Positions 1 to 14,497 are shown, counted from the first letter of the stretch. The stretch is 64,000 nucleotides of DNA from Vitrella brassicaformis CCMP3155 (GCA_001179505.1 CDMY01000385.1:1-64000); one strand, 5' to 3'. Made by a program: numbers and translations. Notes: generated from the letters alone by a model not told the origin.

Positions 1-24
1 TGTCCATGTATGGCATCATGAAGG

Positions 25-864
25 GTGGTCAACACAGATCTCACTTCGGTGATGGCTGATAAGATCGTGTCTCCTCAGAATGCTTTCCTTGTCTTTCATT
101 GTCTTCTCCTCTCTCCACCCGTTACACAGCAATCTACCCTAGCTCACAAGCTCGCAGTGATTCGTCTTGCCAAGCTGGCAATCCTGACACCGATGACGAG
201 AGCAAATCTGACCGGAGAGGAGCTGACGGCTGAGCGCGCCGACATGCTTGTCGAGGCTCGTCTCGCTGCCCTCCATGCCGACTACGAGGCGACTCTGCGT
301 GCTGAGCAAGACCGCGCCACATCGCCAGCGGCCGACGGCTACGAGTGCCTCCTCGACAGCGAGCCGCACGTCAACCGTGGCCCGCTGATGGAGGATGAGG
401 AGGGCTTAAGCACCAGCGACCCGTGGCAAGACCAGGAGCAGTGGGGAGAGTTCGAGGGATCCCACGTGGCGTCGGAAGCGACCGCTACGGCTGACCCGAC
501 AGACGACTCGGAGAAGGAGTGGGCGACCTTCACAGACGGAGAGGACGACACTCACAATGGGGAGGGAGGAGAGGGCAAGGGCAAGAGAGAGGGGAAGGAG
601 AAGAAGCACCGCGGCACATCAGCTGGCCGGCCCACCTCGGCGAAGAGTGAGCGCCCCTCCCGGCCGCTGTCAGCTGATGAGATAGCTCTGATCAAGCAGA
701 CGATGCAGCGCATCCACCCGAGGCCCTCCACACGGGTGGTGTGCCAGCTGCCTGTCGATGACGAGGGCTTCCTGCGCTTCTGCTTCTCACGCCGCATGCA
801 GGGCGATGCCACTGGTGGGGCTGAACCTGCCGCCAAGAGGGAGGGGAAGGGGAAGAAGGGGTAG
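25..864 (+). CDS. Hypothetical acidic/charged protein, probably 5'-incomplete; weak resemblance to MEA1 (male-enhanced antigen 1)-like proteins
   Basis: Open frame to TAG at 862-864. It contains a GYECLL motif, an acidic W/D/E-rich middle and C-terminal PLSADEIALIKQTMQRIHP, which recalls the MEA1 helix (PMDPEHVELVKRTMAGV). The start and first exon are unclear; acacag at 128 looks like an acceptor. Confidence 0.45.
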   Translation: MVNTDLTSVMADKIVSPQNAFLVFHCLLLSPPVTQQSTLAHKLAVIRLAKLAILTPMTRANLTGEELTAERADMLVEARLAALHADYEATLRAEQDRATSPAADGYECLLDSEPHVNRGPLMEDEEGLSTSDPWQDQEQWGEFEGSHVASEATATADPTDDSEKEWATFTDGEDDTHNGEGGEGKGKREGKEKKHRGTSAGRPTSAKSERPSRPLSADEIALIKQTMQRIHPRPSTRVVCQLPVDDEGFLRFCFSRRMQGDATGGAEPAAKREGKGKKG

Positions 865-1582
865 TGAGTGGTGGTGCTGTCGCGTTGTGAGAGTGGAGTG
901 TGTCATTTGATTTGCGGTGGTTGGTGACAGGACAGCACTGACGTGTTTGTTCTTCGTGACTTCGTTTGATGCAATGATGGATGCGACGTGACTCCAATGA
1001 AATGATGAATCGCACAACGGTTACGTCACACGCATCGCATCCAAGGAGGTCCGTCACGCACAGCCAAACACCCCTCTCAAAATCATGCTCAGGCCATGCC
1101 ATGCCATCACGTCACCAGTCAACAAGTCGTTTGTGCAGTAAGTACCATATATGAACGAATGGGACGACATGACATCGCACACACGAATGGAAGAAATGAG
1201 CAGGAGACCTGCCTGCCTGCCTGCCTGCCTGAGTGTGTCGGTCCCATCGCACACATCCCCAGAGCGTCATGTCATCGTCAAGTTGGCCAACGGAGCCAGG
1301 CCAGCCTCCCTTGTTTGTGTGGATTCATTAAAAGAGGAGGGAGGGAGGGAGGGATGAACCACAGAGAGTGAAAAGGAATGTGACCGAAAGAAACAAACCC
1401 CATCTCATCTCTCATACGGACGTGGCCGGAGGACTGACTCGACCTGACCCCACGCGCCCCCTTCTCCCTCAGCCAATCCAATCAACCAGGGCGGGCCAGA
1501 AACAATCTGCATCCCTCCCTGCCTCCCTGCCTCTCTCTCTCTCTTCTCTCTTGCACCCCATCCCCTTCCACATATCTCTCTC

Positions 1583-3376
<1,794 letters not shown>

Positions 3377-3557
3377 TCACAAGCAAAGCATCCAAAAGCT
3401 CTCAAGCTCGCAACTTGAAGGTCGATCGCACAAAGGGAGGTGCTGTTTTCGGCTATTGCGGTCCTTTGGAGGGACGGAGAAGCGATTGAAACAGCGGAGG
3501 AAAGAAAACTCAAAGGAATAGTCCAGAGCATCGCGAGCCGACTGGGTGGAGCTCTTG

Positions 3558-5330
3558 ATGGATTCGGGAGAGCTCAGCGGAGGTGCAGCAGGGCAGCAAC
3601 GCGGCGGCAACACGGCCGCGCAGATGACATATGCTTACGTGCTGCCGCAGAATGGCGGCATCGCGCCTCAGGCTCAGCCTGGCGGGCACACTGCCGCACC
3701 CTTGATGGATCCTTACGGGCACTACAGCGGATGGCAGGGGCAACAGCAGCCTGGTATATGGGATAAGCCACTGGTGTGGAGAAAACAAACGCCCCGCATG
3801 CAGAAAGCAAACATCACACATCACTGGTGGACTGCTGTGTGTGGATGGATGGATGTGCTCAGGTTCGTCGACGTCCACGATGGCCATGATGCAGCCCTAT
3901 TCTCTACACGGGGCGGCGGCGGCGGCGGCGGCTGCCGTGCCGATGAGTGGCCCATCGCCTGGGCCCCAGCTGCCCGTGTACCCCCCCGCACCACCCCGCC
4001 ACACTGACCAGGCTGCCTCTGCTGCTCAGAATGGCGCCTCCTACACCACCCAGCAGCTATGTGCGGCATACCCCTACGCCATGATCCCGCAAGCGGGCAG
4101 CAGCCACCCCCCACCCCCACACCCGCCCTTCAGGTCATCCTCAGACGCCAATGGATTCCGACACCCCATGTGGCCGCAACCCTGCTACCACCCCCATCCC
4201 TCGCCAGATGCGCAGACAGCCCAAGCAGTCCCTCCCCCGCCCGCTGCGGGTTCGTCACATCATCGCATCGATGGCTCGGGCAGAAAGAGGGACAGGCCGC
4301 ATGACGTTGACGAGGGAGAAGAAGCCAATGGCGACCTGTCTTTGATGGGCGAGCAGTTCTATCAAGCGATGGGTTATGGCAACGAGGAGATGACAGCCAA
4401 TTGCGCCAACGGCGATGGCCTGCTTGTGGTTCAAACGCGGCACGGCCCCGTGACGCTCGACCTTTACAGAGGCCTTCGTAACTCAGAGGCGTTTGGGGCT
4501 CCAGTCAGGGGGCCGAGGGTGGGTGAGAGGAGCACGGCCATCACCGACAATGACCACTCATCCGCCGACTGCCTGCTCGAACCCGCCACACCTCCCGAAC
4601 CGCCCATGGACCCACCACCACCACCAGCAGCGGCAGCAGCACACCCCCCTTCAGGACCACAGCCACTAGCCGAAATAGGAGGAGATGACATAGGGCCCAG
4701 CAGCCGAGTCGCGCTGAAGCCGCCGGTCAAGCGCGTCAAGTCGCACCAGTACGACGTGCAGAAGGAGAGAGGGCACCGCGCGGCGTATCGATGTTCCCAG
4801 GGGGCTGCCAGTCATGCGATGGGGCAGCGGGAGCAGCAGCTCCACCACCAGCCGGTGATGCGGATGATGACCAGCAGGAGGGAGGAAGGAGCCCCTCCCT
4901 CCCATATGAATGGCACTGGTGAGAGGGAGGGAGGGAGGGAGGGACGGGGGATGAAAGCGCCTTGTCCCTTATGTTGTCTTGTGTTGTCTTGTATTGTGTT
5001 GTGTTGTGCTGTGTGTGAGTGTCAGGTCCGGTGGCGATGTCTATCTTCCCGACGATGCCGCGGCTGGCAAGCACCACCCCTGACGAACAGTCACATCCTG
5101 CCGCCCTCCCCGCCCCCTCCACTGCTGCCAGTGCACTATATCAGCCTTTGCCGAACCAAATAGCAGCAGCAGCTAAAGACCTAGATGCACCACCCACGAT
5201 GGCTGAGGTGGCGAATGCCCTGTCGGGTGTGAGCAACGGGCGTCCAGTAGTGGCACTGGGAGGCCAGTCGTCATCAACCCCCCCAGGTGGGCGGGTTTCT
5301 GTCGGTGTGCCCATCCTGCACGACGAGTGA
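3558..5330 (+). CDS. Low-complexity Pro/Gln/His/Ala-rich hypothetical protein (3 exons)
   Basis: ATG at 3558, intron about 3754-3863, long in-frame exon, intron about 4918-5025 with (TG)n before cag, TGA at 5328-5330. No recognisable domain. Confidence 0.6.
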
Positions 5331-5412
5331 CATGACAGAGCCATCCATCGTGGCTGGCTGGCGTAGATGGCCATGGGTTGAAGGCCATGAGTGAGGTGAG
5401 GTAGTGTGTGTG

Positions 5413-5443
<31 letters not shown>

Positions 5444-5779
5444 TGGTCGGGCCAGTGAGGCAGAGAGGCTAATTACGGCGAGTAAGCAGCACTCACTCAT
5501 TCACTCACTCACTCACTCGCGTGTGTGTGTCCCTCCTCAACCCCACAGTGTTTGGTTTGGTTGTGCATAGCAAGACATATAAGATGGCGCGGACTACTGT
5601 CCATGTCGTAATTCAACCATTTAGGGCCAGGTGGCGTGCGATGAGTGCGATCCGCGATCTCAAATCGGTGAAGAGGGACGCGCCAACGAAGAGAGCGTAG
5701 ATCTGGACAGCATACATCTCGCTCATCTCATTGCAGGCCTCCAAGGACAGATCGGTCCTTTCCTTAACTGCCATCAGCC

Positions 5780-8388
5780 ATGAAAGGTCCTTGGAGGCCA
5801 TCATGGTGCTTCCCGCTGCTGGTGTCGCTGTTCATGGACATCAGGACGCTGCACGCCCTCTCCCCTCCCTCGCTTGCCTTCAAGGTACGGCCGAGGGACA
5901 GCCAGACGGCCAGGCAGACGGAGCGTTCTGCACAGATCTGTGGAAGGAAGCCATTCATCCCCTCACTTGTTTGATGTCCATGTGTTGTGTGCAGGGTGGC
6001 TTCCGAGGCTCCAAACAACCGATTGTATGCCACACACCGGACAGCCAAACGAGCCAGCCTGTGATAGACAGTCCACCCAACGGAACGCACCCCCCTTATG
6101 TCTGTCGTCTGTTTGTCTATCTATCCCCAGGAGCTCTTGTCGTCCACTGGCAAGGCGGCGAGTGAGCGGGAGATCACTCAGTTCCTGGGCGAGCTCGCCC
6201 GTCAGGACACCAAGGAGGGCAACCTGCCTGTCATCGCCGCCATCGGGCCGGGAGGGCGGCGGAAACGCGCCTTCCTCAACCAGCTGTGTGGGTCGGACCT
6301 CGACGCCTCTAAGTTCCTACCAACCGCACCAAGTGAGTGAGATAGATGACAACACGACAGCACACAACACACTGGCCAGCCCAGCCATGCTCGGGTCCTT
6401 AACCTTGCTGAATGAAGGTGCGTCGCTGTCCGGCGCTCCGGAGATCGGCAATACCGCGGTGGTGCTGGATGTGTCGACGTTGGCCAGCCTGCCGGCCGAC
6501 ACGGACGAGGAGGACAAGCTGACGACGGGGCAGATGATGGCGCTGGCGTGTCCTCTGTGGGGCGTGTGTGTGCTGCCCGTATGGCAGAGCGAGGTGGTGG
6601 ATGGCGGGGGGCTGCCGTCGTCCGTGTCGTCGCTGCTGCTCAAGGTGGTCAGGGAGGAGGTCCGCGGCAGGAGAGGTGCTGGTGGTGGCGGCAGGTCAGA
6701 GGGGAGGAAGGCAGGCCCACTGAAGATCATATTCGCCGTGCAGGTAAGTCAGTCGGACACAAAGCCCTAACATGCATCACATTCGTGACCTGACATGGGT
6801 GTTGTGGGTTTGTCGACTGACTGACAGGGTGGCGACGGCACGCTGTCGTCCAGTGACGCCACCAAGGCTTTCACCAAGGGCATGAGCGACCTCTTCTCCG
6901 CTCTCGAGAAGCCTCCAGGCCTCCAGGGCGGCATGGCAGGCCTCGTCGACGTCACGGCTGTCGTCCTGCCGTCGTCCAAGTATCGCCCGCAGGAGTACCA
7001 GAAGGCCCTGGTGGAGCTGCGGCAGGTGGTCAAGGGTGCGGCGGACAAGGCCAAGAGCAGCCGCGGCGTGAGGGGGTCGCAGCTTCCGGGGACCGTGGGT
7101 GGCATGTGGGCGGCAGTGAGGGAGCGACTTGACGTTTCCACCGACAGCCCCTCTGTGGCAGTGCTCGCGGCATCGGCACACGCCACCAGCACGGCCGACC
7201 TGCTCATGGACGCTGCTAAGGTGCGAGGGTGTGCCTACTTTTATACCACGTTGGGAAGAATTGGATGTGGTGTGTTTGATCGGATCAATCAGGTGACATT
7301 GAGCCAGTGGAAGCGGCGTGTGGACCGCGGGACGGTGACGGATGACTTCGGCCACCGGGCGCACACCCTCATCACATCCACACTTGACCAATACGACCGG
7401 AACACACAGATGGACGGGGTACGGTAAATGCTTTATGCAAACCAAGTGGATGGATGGCCATGACGAGAATGCAATCCATACGCACGCTTCGCTTCACGAC
7501 TGACTGACTCCTGCCTTTACCATGGATGGACTTGACTTGTTTGTCCGTGCAGCTGAGTTCAATGCGTCAGCGGAGACGCGACGAGATCCGATCGACACTC
7601 GAGGCCGACGTCAGGGACCTCTTCAACAGGCAGCTGGCACTGCTGCAGCGGCGGTCTTTGAAGGACCTGCGCGAGAAGCTCGTGGCGGCACTCACCCCGC
7701 AGGGCAGCGTCGAGGCCAACCAAGAGGCCGCCGCACTCAGACAGGTCAGTGCAGTCAGTACACCACCACCTACCCAACATGAGTTGATGGCTGCGATGCG
7801 ATGCGATGCAGGTAGAGTTCACCTTTGACGAGTCGTCGAGCGATCTGCTGGTCAGCTGCATGGCCGACGAGCTCAAACCCGCCATCGACGAGGCCAAGAA
7901 GACCCTCATGGACCGCCTACGGGCCTACGCGGGCAAGTTCCCCGAGAGCAACGAAGCCAAGGTGCAGGCCAGGCTGCGAATGGAGGAGCGAATGCGGCCC
8001 CAGCAGCAGCAGCAGCGGGCGGGCGGCAAGAAGGCCAAGAGGGAGAGGGCCTTCGGCATGCGCCTGGCGCTGGCCAGCATGGTCAGGCAGGACGGCAACG
8101 GCAACCTACAGGGATTCGCCTCGTACGACGCCGGACCATTCTCCATGATCATGGGGTGCGTGGGCCACAGAACGCACAGGCAGCTGGGGGATATGAGATG
8201 TCTGACTGTCTGTCCGACCGACTTTGTGTCTGTCTGTCTGCTTGTGTGTGTGTGTGTGTGTGTGTTTGGTGTGTGTGGTGTGTGTCAGATATGCGAATGA
8301 CCGGGACACGCCCGAGGCGATGCAGAACGGCGAAAAGCCGCCATTCCTCAGACTGCAGCCAAAGATACACCTGGACATCGACCTGTGA
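5780..8388 (+). CDS. Sey1/RHD3 (atlastin-family)-like protein with degenerate GTPase motifs, N-terminal signal peptide and unrelated C-terminal domain (about 9 exons)
   Basis: Spliced translation aligns in order with Sey1 landmarks: VIAAIGPGGRRKRAFLNQLCG (P-loop region), VVLDVST (G3 DVEG), KIIFAVQ, DLFSALEKPPGL, VTAVVLPSSKYRPQEY, GMWAAV. It ends GNLQGFASYDAGPFSMIMGYANDRD...PPFLRLQPKIHLDIDL*. Confidence 0.7.
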
Positions 8389-8676
8389 GAGGGGTGCCGT
8401 GCCACGGGGGGGAAACACACACCACACGAGAGATGCGATGCATGGTGCAGTAGAGTACGTCGGTGCAAGATGTGATTGATGGGCAAGATGGACGGTTTTT
8501 GTCGTGGCTGGCGTTGCGTGGTCTGCGAATGCAGTCGCTGAGCAGCTGCTTGTGTATGTTTAAATTTTTGATTTACTCACACGCATGAATCGGTTCGCGA
8601 TCCATCCCACCTTCAAGTTCTCAGCTCGCATTTTGTCCTTCTGCTCGTCCATCCTTCCTTGCGAAAGACCAGGGAA

Positions 8677-10707
8677 ATGCACTTGGACTGGTCAGGCCAG
8701 GTCGGAGGCTGGCTGCTGCTGCTTGCAGCAGTCATCGTCGCTCTCTCGTTTGACTTGTGGAGCATTCGGCGCCCGCAACAACAGGGCGGGCTGAGCATCG
8801 TCCAGGCCTGCCGCCTGTCTGTGTTTTGGATTGTGTGTGGGCTGGCGTTCGGTGCGTCCGTCTGTGTCATCAACGGGGTGGAGGCCGCCACATACTGGTC
8901 AGCTCATCCCGTGTGCTGTGCTGTGCCGTCGACAATACATATAACGGGCTTTCTGTGTGCTGTCTGTGCTTGCACTGCACTGGCTGCAGGGTTGATGGTT
9001 ATCTGCTCGAATACATGCTCAGGTGGGTGAGGGGATGCATAGCAGTGAGTTAGTGTGAGTGACACACAGAGAAGGAAAGGAGTTAAAGGACGGGACGGAG
9101 GCACATGCACATGCACATGCACATGCACATGCACATGCACATGCACATTTGTTTGTTTGTTTCTTCTCTGGCGGCTTGGCTTGGCTTGCGTGTCTGCCCT
9201 CTGTCTGTGTGGCTCTGTGTCTGTCTGTGTCACCAGTCTAGACAATCTGTTTATTTTCCACCTGGTGTTCGAGACTTACCACACACCCGATGCCCTCAGG
9301 AGGAAAGCCCTCTTCTACGGTGACTGACTGACCGACTTCCCGCACAGACAGACAGACAGACGAGGTGGCATGGCCTGGCCTGCCTGGACAGACAGTGACG
9401 AACGTCTGTGCCTTCCTGCCTTCCTGCCTGCCTCTCTGTGTGTGAGTAGGTGTGGCTGGAGCAGTGCTGTTCCGCCTTATCCTGTTCGCCCTGTAGGCGT
9501 TGAGTGGTGCATGTCTGGAATATGCATACCAGTCAGTACGCCCCTTGTGTGTGTGTGTGTGTGTGTGTGCAGAGCTGAGTATTTCATGCACCTGATGTTT
9601 ATCGCGCACCTGGTCTTCGGCGCATTCCTGTAAGTCAGTTAAGTCAGCCGAAAGGAGAATCCCTCCCTCCCTCCATGAGGCTTCCTTCCTGTTCGTTCTG
9701 TTTGTGTGTGGCGTGTCGTGTCGTGGCGTCTGTCCTGTCTGTCGGTGTGTGAGAGCAGCGTGTATAGCGGCGTCAAGACGGCTCTCCCCGGCAACGCTGA
9801 CGACCCCGACCCCTCGCAAAACGCATGTGTCAGATTCATCACCCGATATGTCCCAGGTGAGCAGGGTGGGCAGGGTGGGTCGGCCACTAAGTGAACGAAC
9901 CAGGCAGGACAGACACAGACATGTCAGTCAGTTGTCGTGCCTGCCTGCCTGTCTGCCTGCCTGCATGGATGCAGTGACTCCATCGTATGACGACAGCGGT
10001 GCCTTCTTCGTGCTCACGTCATCCTCAGCCACACAAGAAGAGGACGACAGCAGCGCCATACACCACAGACTCGATGACGCTGGTGCCCTGCACCCACCGC
10101 ATCCCAATCCCCCTTCACATATGCTCTCCGACACAACCACAACTACTGTCACCGCACCAGCCACACCACCACAAGAGCCACCATTACACGAAGCAGCCGA
10201 CAACAACCCAGCACCGAGACGGCGTGGCAGCGGTGCATCCGACGGCCCCCAGCTGACTGAGTACGAGCCACTGGACGCGACGATGGCCACAACGACGGAC
10301 GGGTCGCCGTCGACGAGCGCGTCGACGCAGCCTGGTGGGCAGGGACACAGGCAAGGAGGTGGGGGGGTGAAGATGGTGGGTGGCGTGAGGGAAGATGGTG
10401 ACGGTGGGGGGGTCGGAGAGGGGCTTCTGCTGTCGAGGGAACGAAGGAGGTGGAAGGTGAGACACCGACAAAGACAGACACCGACACGGAGGGAGGAAGG
10501 CGCGTGTCTTAATTGTCGATCTGTCTGTGCTCTCTCTTTTTGTATGCATGTCATGCGGCCTGTCCAGGCCACTCTCCTCTTTGTGGTTGTGGTCTGCATG
10601 GTGGGTGAGCACAGCATATGTGGAGGAGACACATTAATTGCACTCAGGGGCGTACAGTACAGTTGGCTGGCTGCTGGATCGCATCGTTCGAACTATGCTC
10701 CCTCTCT

Positions 10708-10738
<31 letters not shown>

Positions 10739-11594
10739 CATTGTAAACAGGAGTGTGTGGATCTTGTGTTTGCTGTGGATTCGGTCTCTGCGAAAAGCGC
10801 GCAGACGGCCGACCTCTTCATTGCCTATTCTTCCACGGTAAGCAGCCAACACACAACATGCACCACACAAGACAAGACAACACAACCAGCACAAAGCGTC
10901 CACACACACAGAACCTTCCTCCCGTGTGTGTGTGTGTGTGCGTATGGGTAATTCCTCCTCGTTAGGTGTTCGCCATGTTTGGCCTGCGGTCATTGTTCTT
11001 TCTGCTCGAGGCCGTCATGAAGTGAGTGAGCGACTCGATCTGATGTGATGCATGGCTTCGACCGAGCCCACCCAACGATGCGTGCGCGCGCGTGTATGTG
11101 TGTGTGTGTGTGTGCAGGTACTTCTCCCTCCTTCGGTACGGCTTGGCGGTGATATTGGTGTACATCGGCGGGAAGCTCATCATACAAGAGTGGATTGCAT
11201 GGCCCGAGTACGTCACCTCTATCGTCCTGGTGCGCATTGCATTGCAGGGGGACCGACACACACTCACACACAACAGACAGACAAAACAGACCGATTCGTG
11301 CCTTGTGTGTGTGTGTGTGTGTGTGTGGTCTGGTCTGGTCTGCAGACAGCCGTGCTGGCGCTGTCTATAGTGGCGTCAGCTGTCAGTGACGCCCTTCGTC
11401 GCAGGGGGACACCCCACCAGCAGCAGCAGCAGCAGCAGGCGCAGCAGAGGGGTCAGTTCACGCGGCTGCCCGACCCCCAAGCGCACGAGATCGAGATGCA
11501 GCCCATCAGGCCGCTTGCCAAGGAGGGTTTCGCAGCACCAGCTGCTCATGAGGTGGATGTGGAGGCTGGGGTCGGTGTGGCGCGGGGGAGCTAG
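8677..11594 (+). CDS. terC: TerC/Alx family integral membrane protein (multi-exon)
   Basis: Conserved TerC motifs across exons: GYLLEYMLS, DNLFIFHLVF, KALFYG, FGAFLVYSGVK, DLVFAVDSV, VFAMFGLRSLFFLL, LRYGLAVILVYIGGKL. TAG at 11592-11594. Confidence 0.9.
9101..9148 (+). repeat. (GCACAT)8 perfect hexamer tandem repeat inside a TerC intron
   Basis: Directly visible 48 bp array; it explains the spurious MHMHMH/CTCTCT ORFs. Confidence 0.95.
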
Positions 11595-12411
11595 CTAGCT
11601 ACACACACGTGTGTGTGTGTGTGTGTGTGTGTGTGGTTTGGTAGTAAGGTGGCGTGTGTGTATGTGCATACGTCTTTGTATGTGTTGTGTTGTGTATAGA
11701 TGTCAGTCAGTACTGGCCAGCTGGTGCTTACAAATATATGTGTAGAGCGAGTGATTTTCGCCCAGCGTCCAGACGAGCGAAAGCATCAGCACGAAGGCAA
11801 GGCACAAACTCACCCACCACAATCGACCTTGTCAATTCACTTCCTCTGTGTCCGACATGAATGCAATGAGGTCTTCTCCCTCTAACTATGACGGACGGAT
11901 GAAAAGGGAGAGGGAAAGAAAGGCAGTGACCGCACCAGCCCTACGACCCCTCAAACCGCCAATCCACCCATGGATGCACACCCACTGCACTCCCGGTGGA
12001 AAAAGCAAACATGCATGTCCCCTCCCTCCTCCGCACATACATACTTATGTGAATGCGGAGACACAGGGCAGATGAATGAACGATGAAGATAACCAAAACC
12101 CAGTGTGGTGCGATGTGGTGTGCCGCACTACACACGGCAAATGAATGACTGTGTGGCTCTCTCTCGCTCTCTCTCGCAGCATGAATGGAATGCATCAAAT
12201 GCAACTAACCCAACCCCACGAATGAATGAATGGCACAGCGGAGGGCGGGCGGGCTTCCTTCGCCCTCCGCCTTAATTGAATCAGAACATGCAGCCGAACA
12301 CAACCAACACACGTGAGTGACAAACTTTCTCAGGAACTAACTAACTAGCTAGCTAACTAACTAACTAAGTCGTAAGTCAGGTATGCATTGCCTGGCTCGT
12401 CGATCGGTTGA

Positions 12412-13226
12412 TCAGGGTCTCAGGAGGTTGCGCCCTGGGCCATTCTCGTCAAGAGGGATGCGCCTGGGCGCGACGCCACGGATGGCCTCCTCCTCGACTT
12501 CGCCGCTCTCGATGGCCGTCTCGTTGCCGCGACGACGCTCACGGCATGTCAGTGTGACCTTTTCACGACTGAAGGAGCGACCATCGAGGTCCTGGAACAC
12601 ACACACACACCCGCACAGTTGCATCTCAAAGAGAGAGAGATCTGCCCCTCTCTCTCTCTCTCTCTCTCTCCACTTACTTGTCCTTTACACGAGAAAGAGT
12701 GTTCACCGTCCCACTGGTAGTCGAATTCCTTGCCCTTAGCGTAGTACAAGAAGCTGTCGCCGTCATCGATTTCGATAGCGTCGTCATGGGTATCCCTGCA
12801 GACACACATATACCCACATAGCATTCGTGTTCACGTCTGTCTGTTGCATGCGACACACACCGTACGAGCGGTGGGCACCTCTACGTGTCACCTCACTTCA
12901 GATAATAGCAGGTGTCAAAGGGGACCTCGTACCTGTAATGAAGACCACACACACACACAGAGACGATCGAGCGTTACGGTCAACGGTGCAGCTAACTTCT
13001 CGAGCTCACGAGTCACTCACGACCTCGTATAGGCGTAGTTACGTACGTACCAACAGTAGGAGATGGGCAAGGCCTGGCCCGATTTTGTGACTTTGACAGC
13101 GACGTGGATGGGACCCTTGCTGCAGTGGTTGCAGAATGTGATCTTGTGGGCCGCCGATGCCTCGAGCAACGCAAATGAGCTCACAAGAAGAGCAGCCAGG
13201 GCCGCAGCAACATACCAGCGGGCCAT
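12412..13226 (-). CDS. Small secreted Cys-containing protein, DUF1036-like (4 exons)
   Basis: Signal peptide MARWYVAAALAALLVSSFALLEASA. The mature part ITFCNHCSKGPIHVAVK...CWYEVPFDTC...FLYYAKG...QWDGEHSFSC follows the DUF1036 pattern (CN..VAV..W..V..C..YYA..W.G..F). Junctions splice in frame. Confidence 0.6.
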
Positions 13227-14497
13227 ACTGACGGAAAGCTGAGTACGGGGAGAGAGCTGGATCTGGGCAAATGACGGATCGAGTAGAAAGCAGCCGGAGG
13301 GGTGGACAGAGGGATGGGAGAGAAGGTGGATTGGGCAGTGGGAGGAATCCGGTGAGAGAGTGGGAGCGGACTGGTGGATTTCGGATTGGCCGTTAGCATT
13401 GGGAAGTGTACCATTCCCAACGTTAACAGACAGTTTTCGATCGCAACCTGGCCCGCAACGTAAACGCTGCTTTGGGCGGTCCGCGCCTACCCCTCGATGC
13501 GTGTCATTTACCCGAGTCCCGGCCAAGCACTGCACACACCAGCACGACACTCATTGTTTGTCCACTCATCAATCAGCCATTCATTCAGTCCTCCACAATA
13601 GACCACTCGTTGGGCAGGGGACAGCCACGCCAGGCTTACATATCAACACAGCAACGAGGCAGGCAGGCGAGTCAGCCACTGAATGTACACACACGACGCA
13701 CCGGTGATGCACACGGCCGTCACCAAAGGCAAAGAGCAAGGCAAGGCAAGGCAAGGCAAGAAATCAATCAAGGCAGAGAGAGGGAGGGAGGCGGAGAGGA
13801 AAGAATGAGAGAGAAGGTATCATATGGTCGTGCGTGTCTGTCTGTCTGTCTGTTGTCTGAAGCGATCGCGATGACCCAAAGCCATATTTATGTATGGGTT
13901 CGTTCCTCTTTCGGCCATCGATCGCATCGCATCGCGTGACGTGACGTGACACCCCCCCCTCCCACCCGCCATACCCCTCTGCACACATTCAGCCAGCCAA
14001 CCAACCGGGCACCGTCCGAAACTACAGAGAAACGAGCATGCCAAGAAACAACAAACTTGTATGCTACACGGCACACACCCACACCGGCCGCAGACAGACA
14101 TCCAGACATCCGGGCAGGCAGGCAGGCAGGCAGCCACACATGGAAAAAAATCACGTCAGTCATGGTCATATTGCCGCCACGACACACCTTTCGGTCATGG
14201 CTGGCAAAAAAGGCAACCAACGCCGCCAGAAGTTTTTGTTTGCACCATCAAGTCCCTCCCACCGCAGGCAGGCAGGCAGGCAGGCACGTATGAAGAGCGA
14301 TGAATCCAGCCAGCCAGCCATCCACCATCAGTCAGCCGCGCATGTGGGCCTATAGCACACACATACAGCATCAAGCATCAACGTACACTTGTGTCTAATC
14401 ATTGATCATCTGGTGTGTGTGTGTGCACGTGTGTGTGCGTGTGGGTGTGGATGTGTTTGGGTGTGTGTGTGTTTGTTATTATGGGTGCAGAATATCA

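Noticed and set aside
9055-9327. ORFs with CTCTCT, HAHAHA or MHMHMH repeats
   Set aside because: Translations of the intronic (GCACAT)8 microsatellite.
11600-14400. ORFs in 11.6-12.4 kb and 13.3-14.4 kb
   Set aside because: Composition is dominated by simple repeats, with no domain signal or consistent splice structure; treated as intergenic or UTR.
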